From NCBI GenBank assembly GCA_964019335.1, contig OZ025696.1, forward strand, positions 474,244 to 538,243: a stretch of 64,000 bases of DNA. The letters run 5' to 3'. The position numbers and the translations under genes were made by a program. Every line of letters begins with the position of its first letter. Position 1 is the first letter of the stretch. Shown piece by piece: positions 42,171 through 53,081 of the stretch. The notes beneath the pieces are model-generated. The model was not told where the DNA came from. It saw only the letters and a list, made by a program, of their open reading frames with translations, and did not search any database. Origin of the DNA: Diplonema japonicum. Its lineage: Eukaryota; Protista; Euglenozoa: Diplonemea.

Positions 42171-43253
42171 ATGAACATCAAGATGAGAAAGTCATGGCAG
42201 TACATGCTCATAGCATTGACTTTGGTGATTTTTGCGGCAGTGAGCGTGGCAAGGCGTGATACGAAGGGCAGAGTGAGGTTCAGCAAAAGGCCGTTGAAAC
42301 CGAAAGGGAAATATTCAAGAGCATTTCAGGCAGGCGAGAAACTAAGGTGTGCAATGCCGATAAGAGATTTGGAGAACATGGGTGTGCGGTATAAATTGGT
42401 AGAGACGAAGGCAGGGTTCATCATTGCTGTGTTTGAGGCGGATGACCTGGTGAGCAGGACCCTGGTGAACGAGGGAGAGTGGGATGGTGACCGGCCGCAG
42501 AAATACCTCGATGCAAGCAGGGCACGCCTCGCAAGGCTGGGGAACACCGTAGAGTGCAGCAGCCCACCGTGCCACGGCGAGGCTTTCCTGGATATTGGTG
42601 CAAACATTGGATACTGGTCATTCTTCATGGCTTCGAAAGGCCTGCATGCTGTAGCGGTCGAAGGCTCCCCTGACGGTGTAGCTCTCATGAAACTCACAAA
42701 ATGCATCACCCCTGAATTTGATGGCATGGTCCAGATCGTCGAGACCTTTGTGGCGGATAGCGACTCGCATTGTATCATGATGAGCCATGGTAGGAATATA
42801 GGCGACAGTGTGATGCACTGCAAAGAGGACAAGAAACCGTGGTCGGATGTGGAGCTGGAGGAGCGACGGAAGCTACTTGACGGCAGCAAGGTGTACCGTG
42901 CGGAGAAGCGTAGGCTGGAAGAGATCTACAACGAGGTGTGGAAGGATCCAGGCTCCAAGCTCCCCTTTTCCATCACTGCCACAAAGATAGACATCGAAGG
43001 CTCCGAGGCGCCAGCGCTGATGAGTGGAGAGTCCTTGCTCGCAACGAGCCACACCTTCCCAACCATGTACATCGAGGTCATGAACAGGGTCAACGTCTTG
43101 TCTCCCGAGGCCTTCCTTACCTACCTCCGAGGACACGGGTACCTCCTCCACGAGGCGGACTGCACCACTCCTATCAATGCGGAGGACACCCAAGCTTTCC
43201 TTACAAAGCTGAATTCCCAGCCCTTTGCTGACATTTTCGTATCCAAGGCTTGA
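42171..43253 (+). CDS. FkbM-family SAM methyltransferase with N-terminal signal anchor
   Basis: DLVSRTL...GEW, FLDIGANIGYWS, AVE, KIDIEGSE, YIE. Confidence 0.9.
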   Translation: MNIKMRKSWQYMLIALTLVIFAAVSVARRDTKGRVRFSKRPLKPKGKYSRAFQAGEKLRCAMPIRDLENMGVRYKLVETKAGFIIAVFEADDLVSRTLVNEGEWDGDRPQKYLDASRARLARLGNTVECSSPPCHGEAFLDIGANIGYWSFFMASKGLHAVAVEGSPDGVALMKLTKCITPEFDGMVQIVETFVADSDSHCIMMSHGRNIGDSVMHCKEDKKPWSDVELEERRKLLDGSKVYRAEKRRLEEIYNEVWKDPGSKLPFSITATKIDIEGSEAPALMSGESLLATSHTFPTMYIEVMNRVNVLSPEAFLTYLRGHGYLLHEADCTTPINAEDTQAFLTKLNSQPFADIFVSKA

Positions 43254-43633
43254 AAGGAAAAAAAAAAGAAAAGGAAAAGAAAGGGATGGTTGGTGTTTTA
43301 GCTCGATCCGTCCTGCTCCATGAGGTCTTGGAAACTAAACTATGGATGGAGCTTGATCTAGCGAGGTGGTCAGTCGATGGGAAAAAATAAGACAAGCCAA
43401 AAAAAGAAAAGAAAAAAAAAAGAGAAGGCTGTATTTGAGAAAAATAAGCGTGTTTTTCTGTTCATCCTTTGCATACCTCCTTTTCGCTGTCATTTTTTTT
43501 TTTTGTTGTTTTTTTTTTTTGTTGATTTCTTTTAATACCGCCCACCAAAACTTTCCCATTTCAATCCACCTCAGCATACACAAAATAGAAATTAAAAAAA
43601 TAGAAAAGAAAAATACAATAAACTTACAATAGA

Positions 43634-45646
43634 ATGAACAAATGCAAAACTTGTAGTTTCTGTGCCACCGATCTTGCCCCGGGGCACTGCTGTCAAGGAT
43701 GTCGCAATGGAAAGGCACACGACACGAGATGCCCTCGTTTGATGAGCGCTGGGCACTGCTACGTGGAGCACGATGGGGCAGTGTTCGGCGTGTTCAAGCT
43801 CTGGAGGGGTAAGGAACACGCAGTGTTCGGGTTGTTGTACCAAGCAGGTCAGCCTCATAAATACCTGAAGGTGTGTAAGGAGAAGGGCCTCTGCGTGCAC
43901 AAGAACCACAAAGCTGTTCCACATAAGGACTGCTGGATCTCGGTATCGTCTGCTGGGGAGGGCAAGGGGCATTTCCTGAAGTCCACGCTCCATGGGAAGA
44001 TGCTCTGCATGAAGGGTGACAAGATGGTGTTGTGTGACCCTGCGGCCAAGGAGCACCACCCGTGGAGCATTCGCATGCTGTCTGAAGCTGAGGTCGCTGC
44101 CTCACCGATGAAAAGCAACCACATCTCAGGCCGAAGGCTGTGCAACGTGGGACGGTACATCAAGCCCTGCGACGCAGCGCAGCTGACCGCCAAAGGGTAC
44201 CTCGTCGTGAGGGATGGTGTCTCCGTGCGCTGTCTGGACCCCATCGTCGCTCGTGTCAACCACAGCTTACTGCAGCCCGAAACCATCAAGGTGTCTGGCG
44301 TGTGGGGAGGACAAATAGACAAACAGTTCACAAAGCATGCCTTGTTCCGTTCTTCTGTGTGGCCCTGCGTGGCCTCCGTCACCGAGCAGCCCAATCCAAC
44401 GACCGTCACGCATCGTGTTGTTGTCGAGATGCCTCTAGAGAAGCAAGCTGAACCGCAAGGCTACCCCACCGACTCCGAGGCCTATGACTCGGAAGAGGAG
44501 AATGCGATGGTCGCCGAGAAGGGTCCATCTGACGCGGAGATAGTAGGGGCTGTGCGATCTGAAGAACAGCATGAGGATGAAGAAGAAGAGGAAGAATGCA
44601 GGGAGGCCACAACACATACTGACCCGAACGCAGACCACGTAACCGTTCAAGTTGTGCTCGCATTGGACAGGTACCCATTGCGCATAGCAGGGGACGAGTT
44701 CACCATCCAGAAGGGAGACTACCTCATTGCACGGTCTGACTGCGAGGTGGGCCGTGCCAGCAACCTGTGCGATGGGGGCGTCGTGGGGATGACAGTAAGG
44801 TACAGTGTGCAGTGCAAGCGGCTTGTGGCATGTGCGGAGAGTATCACCGAAGAAAAGGAGCTTGTGAGGGTTGTGGAGCGGCCTTTGTATACAGCAGATA
44901 CGCTCACTGTAGAGATGAAGCGTGCCTTTGTAGAGGATGGGTACGTGTTGGTCCCTAACGCGGTACCAGATGAGTTCATCACCACAGCCCTCAGGGCTAT
45001 CAACAACGTGCTCTTCGACAAAAAGACTATCTTCCGCCACAAAGATGGCAGGGCCGACTCATGCATGGGTTTATTGTTCCGCTCACCTGAGGTCACAGAC
45101 ACGCTCTACCGCACCAATGCATGGAAGGTTGTGAAAAACCTTCTGGGGCAGGCCTTGAAGAACAAGGGGTGCCAAATCGCCTTTCGCGGTCCAAGCCCGC
45201 CCCATCTGGGCATGACAGCACCTGAGGACATTGGCCCCAAATGGCACGTCGATGGTCATGCTAAGCTCGGCAATCACACACCCTTCAGCCTCCTTGTAGG
45301 TGTCGCCCTCTCGACGACAAGCACTCGAAACAATGGAAATCTCTGCGTCTGGCCTGGGGGCCATAAGAAACTACTCCCGCATCTTAAAAAGCGCCACCAA
45401 GCAAAGCAGCTGTACCTGAAAACCCTGCCAGACGTAGGGCATGGAAGACAGGTCCGTGCAAATAGGGGCGACTTGCTTATATGCCATCAGAAGCTCCCAC
45501 ACCAGTACAGCCCGAACTTGGGGCCCGATATACGCCACATGCTATACTTCAGGATCAAGGCAGCAGGGATGAAGGCAAAGGTACCCTCGGGTGTGCACCT
45601 TGAGGACTTGTGGGTCGACTTCCCGGGTCTGGCTGACGTCTTGTAG
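43634..45646 (+). CDS. Phytanoyl-CoA dioxygenase (PhyH)-family protein with N-terminal Cys/His-rich segment and a second, degenerate PhyH-like domain
   Basis: FVEDGYVLVPNAV, WHVDG, LLVGVALS...GNLCVWPGGH, RGDLLICH..LPH..SPN..IR..LYFR; earlier KGYLVVRDGV..QVVLALD..KGDYLI. Confidence 0.85.
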   Translation: MNKCKTCSFCATDLAPGHCCQGCRNGKAHDTRCPRLMSAGHCYVEHDGAVFGVFKLWRGKEHAVFGLLYQAGQPHKYLKVCKEKGLCVHKNHKAVPHKDCWISVSSAGEGKGHFLKSTLHGKMLCMKGDKMVLCDPAAKEHHPWSIRMLSEAEVAASPMKSNHISGRRLCNVGRYIKPCDAAQLTAKGYLVVRDGVSVRCLDPIVARVNHSLLQPETIKVSGVWGGQIDKQFTKHALFRSSVWPCVASVTEQPNPTTVTHRVVVEMPLEKQAEPQGYPTDSEAYDSEEENAMVAEKGPSDAEIVGAVRSEEQHEDEEEEEECREATTHTDPNADHVTVQVVLALDRYPLRIAGDEFTIQKGDYLIARSDCEVGRASNLCDGGVVGMTVRYSVQCKRLVACAESITEEKELVRVVERPLYTADTLTVEMKRAFVEDGYVLVPNAVPDEFITTALRAINNVLFDKKTIFRHKDGRADSCMGLLFRSPEVTDTLYRTNAWKVVKNLLGQALKNKGCQIAFRGPSPPHLGMTAPEDIGPKWHVDGHAKLGNHTPFSLLVGVALSTTSTRNNGNLCVWPGGHKKLLPHLKKRHQAKQLYLKTLPDVGHGRQVRANRGDLLICHQKLPHQYSPNLGPDIRHMLYFRIKAAGMKAKVPSGVHLEDLWVDFPGLADVL

Positions 45647-45704
45647 TTTCAAGTCTCGTTATTATTCATCATTCCTTTGCATTGTCTTCACTTATTACAG
45701 GGAT

Positions 45705-46046
45705 ATGCAACACCCAATCACGGATATCTCTTTCACGTTGACAGGGTGGTGTCTGCTGCTATGCGGTGCAGTGCATGTTGCGTTTGGTTTATGGACAGTG
45801 AAGAGGTTAGTCGTAACATCTGAGGGTCTGCAACCCAAGTGGCTCTTGCTGCCGCTTGTTTTCGCCATTGTGGGTGCCTTGTGGACGGCAGCTGCGATTT
45901 TCATTCCGGCCCTTGCAATAGGCCTCATCTACTCTTCAACCGACACCATCATCGCAGAGGCTGACGTCTGGTCTCTTGTTGCCCCCCTCTCCGGCATGGC
46001 ACTCTTTTTCAGCGTCGGGTCCATCAAGCTGCAGTACAGCATGTGA
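45705..46046 (+). CDS. Small 3-TM protein, TMEM170-like
   Basis: 113 aa; W.LL....H...G, PALAIGLIY, three hydrophobic segments; ATG follows TTACAG. Confidence 0.6.
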   Translation: MQHPITDISFTLTGWCLLLCGAVHVAFGLWTVKRLVVTSEGLQPKWLLLPLVFAIVGALWTAAAIFIPALAIGLIYSSTDTIIAEADVWSLVAPLSGMALFFSVGSIKLQYSM

Positions 46047-47048
46047 GGTGTTGCTACCTTTAGTTAGACTTGACCATGGATAACAAGAGTTGGATTTTAA
46101 AGTTCCAAGACGCTTGTGCTGGGCCACCACTGAAACTATCGCAGTGTTGATTACAGTAGCACCTGTTCTTTAAGTGCCCCTGGTTCCTGTGGCAGGCTAA
46201 GAGCTCCTATTTACACTACAAACAACTGTGAAATGCTATCAGAAAGATGGTGTCGATCAGCCTAGAATCTCTTAATCCCCCCCCCCCCCCCCCCCCTGCA
46301 ATGCTTCTTGGGGTTGTGTCTTGTCCCTTCTCTTTGTTTGGGGACTTCTTCCCTCCAGTTGCTTTACAGATTTTAGAGTTCCGTCATTTCTTTCTTGATG
46401 GATTTTTTTCGTTTTTTACCCAGTCACTAGCCTTTATAATAAAGGCCACTCTCGGATTCAGAGGCGGGTACTGGAATCTTAAAAGGAAAAGTAGCCCTAA
46501 AATAACAAAGCGCTGGAAATACGCCCCTTCCCCAAAAAAAGGGAAGAAAGAAAAAAGGGGGGAAAAAAAATAAAGAAACCTTAACTGCAAGCTCAAACAA
46601 TTATTTTGTTTTTTCCATTAACGGACCCATGGGGTCAATTTAATAAGGCAAATTCTGGAAAGGCAGAAGTAGAAAAAAAAAAAAAAAAAAAGAGACATTT
46701 AAGGGTACCTGCGGTATGTGGCAGGACGCCTAAAAAAGAAGAGAGGAAAAAAAAAAAAAAATAATTCTTTATGACTATATGTCTTTGTTGTTCGAGGGGA
46801 GCAACTCGGAGATAGCCTTCTGAACGGCCTGCTTGACGAGTCGGTCCACCCTGGATTTCTTTGGGTCGCCTCACTCCGGCCTGGCAGGAGGCGGGGAGGT
46901 AGGTCGCTTTGGCAGTCTTCGGCGGCATTTTACTTTTGCTTGTTGTTCGCACGAGCAAGAAAGGTTTTTAAAAAACTGCGAGAGTTTTTTGCTTGGCACA
47001 GGTTGCATATAGTTATAAAATCGTTTTTTTTTTGAAAGATATTTGTAA

Positions 47049-47089
<41 letters not shown>

Positions 47090-48514
47090 AAAACCTTGAT
47101 GACCCAGAGCGGAAAGAAAAAAATCGTCATCTGAGGGAAAAGAACGCAAGCATGGACGCATGCCATGCCATGTGTCTTGTGTTTCCGATTGAGTTGTAGG
47201 GTCGGTGTTGTGTCTTTGTTATTTTCTTTCCTATTGCTCCTTCCCCTCTCTTTGACCTGGGTTGTTGATGGTTAATAAAGTAGATATTTTTTGAAGAAAT
47301 AATTAGAAAGGAAGAAAGGAAGAGTGATGGGTATGCGACAAGGGACATTGCCTAGAAAGCCAAAACGAAAAGAAAAAGGAGGTTCTCTAAAGTCCCTCCG
47401 ATTCTGCAATTTCTTTTGGTGCATTGCAACAAAATCAACTAATTAAAAGAGCAGAAGTGGAGGTATTGACGGTAATTAAAAAGATTCCTCAATACGAAGA
47501 AAGGGGGGGAGGCTCTTGGTGACTCTTTCCCTTTTATTTATAGCATGTTCTCAGTCTTTTCCCCAAAAAAAGAGAGAAAAAAAAAAGTGACGGCATTCAG
47601 AAAGAATCTCTAGTCATTTGTTCCTCTGGTTTAGTAGATAGAAATATAAAAAAAAGAGAACCAAAAAAAACCTTTTTTTTCCCCTTGCTTACAGAATGAA
47701 CTGGGATTTTCTTTTTCTTACCCCTCCCCCCCCCCCCCCGGCAGTTACCCACCTTAACGATCTCAATGTGTTTTCTCTTTTCTAATCGGTTCTTTCTTCC
47801 TTCATTGTGATAACATTCTCCAGTTCCAAGAGCCCATGTTGATCGCGCAGTTGTGCTCACTTTTATGTCTCTACCGTGCTCTAAGCACAATGTCGAGTTA
47901 AAGATACCTTTGTTTTCTGCAATGTACTGTACACCAATGGGAATGGACTGCTGTTTGCAATCCCATTCCTGCAGTCCCATTGCCCCTTAACCTAGCTTGA
48001 CTTGTTAAGAACATTTGAGAGATACAAGTTGAGCCTCCTTTCAGCCGATACCTTTATGGTGTCGGGAGTGCTAGAGCGCACAAACACCAAGTTCTTTTCT
48101 TCTTCTTTTCTTTCTGGTGGCCGTAGTATGCCCTCTCCCTCTCCAGTGAGTTTTTCTTCTTCTTTCTCCCTAATGCCGTCCAGGAGCATTACCAATATAG
48201 CCCCTTTCCCCTGTGCACTTCTAGTAGTGAAGCAAGTATAGTACTCCCCTCCCATATTCCATGCAACCTCTGGTGGTGGGAAACGAAACACCAAGAAAAT
48301 ATAGAAATTCTTGGGTTTCTTTTGCGAGGGGTCCCTCACCTGTAATGCAATTCAGCTTTCAAGTGACTCGTTACTTGCGTTGTGGCTGGCCGAGCGAAGG
48401 TGTCGGAGGACCCTCCGCAGAGTAGGCGAATACGCCTTCTTTCCTTTTTTTTTTCTCTTAAAGCTTTTCTTTCCTGCTCAGAGTCACCCTGTATCCCAGT
48501 TTTCTAACACTAAA

Positions 48515-49975
48515 ATGGCGATTGTAAGCATGCTTGCTTTGGCAGTGGCGGCTCTGCCTGTGCACGAGGTGGCGCGCAGAAGCATGCCGATGGTGGTGAT
48601 AGGGTTCCCTGAAGCGGTGCTCAGTGCTGACAGCCTGTTTTTCTACGTGGCTGGGAACGGGCGTGTTGAGGTGATGCGTGCCAGCGACCAGCAGTGGGTA
48701 AACACTGCCGCCGCATCGGGTGGTGCCTGTGCTGATGTCCGCGGGCTGAAGAGGTTCAACCAGTGGCTCTTCCTGCTCTGCGGTGACGGCGTTGAAGTGT
48801 TCGATAGCAGTATTCCCGCTGCGCCCATGTCCGCAGGACGCTTCGCCCTCAAGGCCGGCACAGGCGTCGCAATGGACATCGACCACACACGCGGCCACCT
48901 GTGGGTCCTCGCAGAGGACATGAACTTCGAGCTGCAGCAGTACTCTCTCACCGGTAGCAACGTGTGGACGGGCACCTCCACGACACGCCTCCTCGACGCC
49001 ATCAACCTGCGTCTCCCCCCCTCGCACATGCTGTCCGACCTTGCTGTGCACATCGACGGCGACATGCTGCTCCTGACCACCGCCTCTCTCACACAGAGGT
49101 GGGACCTTAGCAACACGGTGCAGCCCCAGTTCGTGCCTGGCAACCACAAGTACGTCGCCCTGGAGGGTAGCCTTGTCGTCTTCTCGAAGGTCCCCAGCAG
49201 CGGAGTGACAGATGTCACGGTGCACACCAGTGACTTGACGCAGGTGTCGAGCCACACGGTGCCCTTCGAGGTCGTGGACATTGCTGTGGTACGTGGTGTA
49301 GTGGTGGCTGCAGGTGCGGGTGGCAAGGTGTGGTTCATGGACGAGGCGAGCGGTTTGACGGTGCAGCACGACGTGGGCGGTCAGGTGGACATCGTGAAGC
49401 TATCGGTGAGTGTGGCAATGGGATGGGTGGTGGCTGCGTCCATGGACGAGGTGGTGATCCTGAGCATTGCCGGAGTTGTGACGGAGGTGACCTTCAACGG
49501 GATGCGTGGGGTCGACGCGGGGTCCAAGCTGACAGGGGTCCCCAGTGGCCTGGCAGGCATCGACGTGTTCAAGCCCAGCACAGGGCACCTGTCTGCCGGG
49601 TCCGACATCGAAGTGACTTGCGGCAGCATGGTGGGGTGCAGTGTGGTGTTGTCCGTGTACCACTGCCCACCGTGTTCTGCAAAGCTCAACGGTGGTCTGC
49701 CGACTGCCCTCATGGCAGCAGGGTGGACACCAAGGTCTTGCGCTCCTAGGTACCACGACCAGGACACGAACTTCGACCAGCCTATGGTGTCCTTCTTCAA
49801 GTCGCTGAATCAGGGTGAGTCAGTCACCCTTCAGACCACCCTTCCCACACACTCACTGGTTGTCTTTTTGGCCGACACACAACTCCCTGACCAGTGGTGC
49901 CCTGTTCCCACCTCCACACAGAAGACTCTTCCCATGCCCCCCAACCCGTGTCTCTCTAAGTGCGCCACGTTGTAG
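48515..49975 (+). CDS. Secreted beta-propeller-like protein with C-terminal Cys-rich domain (YHCPPCS...NGGLP...GW...SCAP...PMV.F.K)
   Basis: Signal peptide MAIVSMLALAVAA at 48515; beta-strand-rich LVIVD-like segments; strong GC3 bias. Confidence 0.8.
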   Translation: MAIVSMLALAVAALPVHEVARRSMPMVVIGFPEAVLSADSLFFYVAGNGRVEVMRASDQQWVNTAAASGGACADVRGLKRFNQWLFLLCGDGVEVFDSSIPAAPMSAGRFALKAGTGVAMDIDHTRGHLWVLAEDMNFELQQYSLTGSNVWTGTSTTRLLDAINLRLPPSHMLSDLAVHIDGDMLLLTTASLTQRWDLSNTVQPQFVPGNHKYVALEGSLVVFSKVPSSGVTDVTVHTSDLTQVSSHTVPFEVVDIAVVRGVVVAAGAGGKVWFMDEASGLTVQHDVGGQVDIVKLSVSVAMGWVVAASMDEVVILSIAGVVTEVTFNGMRGVDAGSKLTGVPSGLAGIDVFKPSTGHLSAGSDIEVTCGSMVGCSVVLSVYHCPPCSAKLNGGLPTALMAAGWTPRSCAPRYHDQDTNFDQPMVSFFKSLNQGESVTLQTTLPTHSLVVFLADTQLPDQWCPVPTSTQKTLPMPPNPCLSKCATL

Positions 49976-50333
49976 GGAAAAAAATGGTAGATGTAGCCTT
50001 TTTTTTAAAAAAAAAAAAGTACTTTGTTAAAAAAGAAAAGATTTTTCCTTTTTCGTTCTTTTTTCTCCATTTCTCGAAACGATTTCAGCAGCGTTTTCAT
50101 TCTCGTAGTTCACGCAACCAAAAAAAAAAAAGAAAAGTATTTCTCCCAGTTCTGTTCCCCTTTCTCGCCGCTGCACGCAAAGTTGTGCAGCTGGGGACCC
50201 CTTTTTTGTTTATCCAGCTAAAGAGAGCGCGTCTTCTTGCAGCTAGATAAGGCAAAGGGGCAAAAGGGGATCAATATGGGCTTAACATTCTTCCTTCCAC
50301 TTTCAATACAGCAAATCTTTAAGAGAAAGAACG

Positions 50334-50375
<42 letters not shown>

Positions 50376-50757
50376 TATATAAAAAAGAAAAAAAAGAGGG
50401 GTAAACAAAAAGGAAAACCCGCAAAAGGCAGAAGAGGTTCTATTAATTTTTGATATCTCTAATTTAGCTGGCGTTTTATTTTGCAAGAATTATTTCAAAA
50501 AAAAAAAAAAAAAAAAGAAATACCCACTCTATTTCACTCTGTCTTTAAAACATATGAAGAGTGACCCCCCCCCCCCCCCCGGAAAATGCCCTCCTCGCGG
50601 ATGTAATTGACCGTCGCCCCCCTCCCCTTCTTTGTTCCCTTGTTCTCTTTCTTTTCTTCTTCCTCTCGTCCCCCCCCCCCCCCCCCCCCTCTTTTATATT
50701 GACTTCTATACTTTTCTTCCTTTCCTTCGTTTTTTTTCCCTTTTGATTCTGAGCGGG

Positions 50758-50789
<32 letters not shown>

Positions 50790-50832
50790 GCTTTAGTTTA
50801 TTCTAAACAAAAAAAAAAAAAAAAAAAAAGAA

Positions 50833-52794
50833 ATGAAGCGCTCGCTGGTGATGTGTGGAACCCTTCTGCTGTGGGTTCTAGCAGCAGTGACAGGGAGTGT
50901 GTGGGAGGGGTCTGACTACGTCCAAAATCGCAACGGACAAATGTCGACAACTGGGCAGTTCATCTGCCTGCTGTTATCAATACCGTGCGGTGTGCTAGGC
51001 ACATGGGGCATGGGGAGACTCATCTTGGAACGAGGGTGCAACAAATATGCCGATGCGGTTCTCTGCGTTGCAATGACTGGCATGGCCACGGTTCTGGGGT
51101 ACACCTACGGCCCGTGGCTTAACACAGCTAAGAACTGGAATGCCACCCTTGCGTGTCTTGGCATGGTGTACTGTGGGTGGGTCGTCGCGACGGTATGCTG
51201 CAAGCACATCAATGCTTGTTTTTTCCCGCCGACTCCACCAGCAGTCCCGTTCAAGCTCGGCGAAGAAACACCCCTCAACATCAACACTGTGCAGAGCACA
51301 GCGCCTTCCCTCCCTACACTGAAAGCTACAAAAATTTTAATTCTCACCGTCTTCTTGCCCACCCTGTTCCTCTCCACCACAGTCCTTCCCAACTCGTGGG
51401 GTGGCTATACCCCCGCAGGCGTCAAGGCTTACCTCTCCAACGATGGCTCGACAGGACGTGCCATATCCGCCCGCCTTGGTAGCTTCCCAGATGGGACACC
51501 GATTTATATGAAGGTGTTCCCTGATGTAGCAATATACTACCTCTTCTTATGGTTTGCTGTGCTCGCCGCTGTGTTCCGGAGGAAGTGGGTCGTGAAGCTC
51601 CTCTTCGTTGCCCTCTTCGGAGCATGGGTCTGGTACTGGGCTACGTACTCATGGTTGGGCGGGTGGCGCCATGTTAGCAATCTGGAGAAAGCCGCAAGGA
51701 CATTAGGCCAGGTAGGGTCACTGTGCGTGTCCCTGACCTACATCCCTGTAGGGTTCTGGGTCGAAGGGCTAGGGTTCGAAAAGAAAGAGAGCCTTCGTTT
51801 CCACCGATGGATAGGCCGTGGGATCTTCCTTGTGACCTTTGTGCACATGGCATGCTTCATCGGGACCTTCACCGACCTCCCGAGGGACATCTTCATGACG
51901 CCAAAGTCCGTGCGGGACAACTTCACAGTCCCTGCCATGTTCTACACGTGGGTCGTGTCGCTCTTCACCATCCTCCTGTTGTCCCTGAGGCCTGTTAGGA
52001 CGAGGTTCTTTGAGGTTTTCTACTTTGTGCACATCCCTGCTGTGCATGTCTTCACCTTTGTGGTGTTCCTCCACGCGGCGTCCTTGTGGTTCTTCCTAGC
52101 ACCTGGGCTCCTTTTGTACTTCATAGGAAAAGCACAGGTAGAGACAGTGTATGTGCAGGCGCAGATGGAGAAGGTCGGCGAGTCGCATGTCTCGATCCAC
52201 GTTCCTGAGCTGTGTGTGGACAACATGGTGGTGAAGGTTATGGCGCCGCAGATCTCAGGTGTGCAGTGGCACCCGTTTTCTGTTGTGAACCCTTACACGG
52301 GGAGGGGGATGAGGCTGATTGTGAAGTCGCAGGGGGACGACACGTGGACAGGCATGTTGCATGACGAGGTGCCGACCAACATCGCTGTGCAGAAGATGCC
52401 TGGTACCCCAGACTTTGTGGGTCTGCAGTGCTACGAGAAAACAACCATTGTGTGCGGTGGCGTGGGCATCACCTACGGGCTCGGGCTGCTCACATCCTTG
52501 CTTGGCACGAAGACCCCTCCGCAGCTTATCTGGGTGTGCTCAAGCCAAGCACTTGAGCAGCATGTACTCGACACCATCATGACACCTGAGCTCCTTGCAA
52601 ACACAACAATATTGAGAAGGGCTGACTTTGCTTCACGTGAAATAGTCATGGATAACGTGAAGGAACTGGTGCTTGAAAACCGCGCAGAAGGCGACACCGG
52701 CCTTGTGTGTGCTTGCGGGCCGGCATCGCTTGTACGTGACTTGCAGATATTCTGCGAGGAATCGGCTTTGAGCTTTCACGAGGAGGTGTTTTAG
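50833..52794 (+). CDS. Ferric/cupric reductase (FRE/NOX superfamily)
   Basis: Heme His pairs FHRWIG...VH and FVH...LH; FAD motif WHPFS; NADPH motif GGVGIT; CGP; C-terminal HEEVF. Confidence 0.92.
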   Translation: MKRSLVMCGTLLLWVLAAVTGSVWEGSDYVQNRNGQMSTTGQFICLLLSIPCGVLGTWGMGRLILERGCNKYADAVLCVAMTGMATVLGYTYGPWLNTAKNWNATLACLGMVYCGWVVATVCCKHINACFFPPTPPAVPFKLGEETPLNINTVQSTAPSLPTLKATKILILTVFLPTLFLSTTVLPNSWGGYTPAGVKAYLSNDGSTGRAISARLGSFPDGTPIYMKVFPDVAIYYLFLWFAVLAAVFRRKWVVKLLFVALFGAWVWYWATYSWLGGWRHVSNLEKAARTLGQVGSLCVSLTYIPVGFWVEGLGFEKKESLRFHRWIGRGIFLVTFVHMACFIGTFTDLPRDIFMTPKSVRDNFTVPAMFYTWVVSLFTILLLSLRPVRTRFFEVFYFVHIPAVHVFTFVVFLHAASLWFFLAPGLLLYFIGKAQVETVYVQAQMEKVGESHVSIHVPELCVDNMVVKVMAPQISGVQWHPFSVVNPYTGRGMRLIVKSQGDDTWTGMLHDEVPTNIAVQKMPGTPDFVGLQCYEKTTIVCGGVGITYGLGLLTSLLGTKTPPQLIWVCSSQALEQHVLDTIMTPELLANTTILRRADFASREIVMDNVKELVLENRAEGDTGLVCACGPASLVRDLQIFCEESALSFHEEVF

Positions 52795-53041
52795 GGTAGG
52801 GAAGGGGACGAAAAGAAAAAGAAAACCATTTTTTCCCTTTTTTTTCTTTCTTTCTCTTTTTTGGGTGGTGCAGGCACCCTTACGTACTGCAGGCACCCTT
52901 AAATAGTCTCTCTCTTTTTTTTTTTTTTCTTTTTTTTTTTTTTTTGAACAGTGAGCACACTGAAACTTTATCGATTTTTTTTTTTTTTTTTCAATTCATC
53001 AAAAGATTGATATTGAGGCGTTGTTTTGTTTTCTAAAAAAA

Positions 53042-53081
53042 GCAGGGCGCCGCCAACACCGGCCTCCTTTAACTCATATAT
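53042..53081 (+). repeat. Dispersed copy of the strand-switch repeat-module end
   Basis: GCAGGGCGCCGCCAACACCGGCCTCCTTTAACTCATATA is the near-exact reverse complement of ~23699-23737. Confidence 0.85.

Noticed and set aside
47597-48339. Minus-strand ORFs of moderate complexity upstream of the secreted propeller gene
   Set aside because: Antisense to the cluster, interrupted, and no family recognised; may be an old relic but unsupported
22871-52794. Ctr + ferric reductase as a co-regulated metal-uptake cluster
   Set aside because: 27 kb apart on opposite strands with unrelated genes between; proximity alone is not evidence
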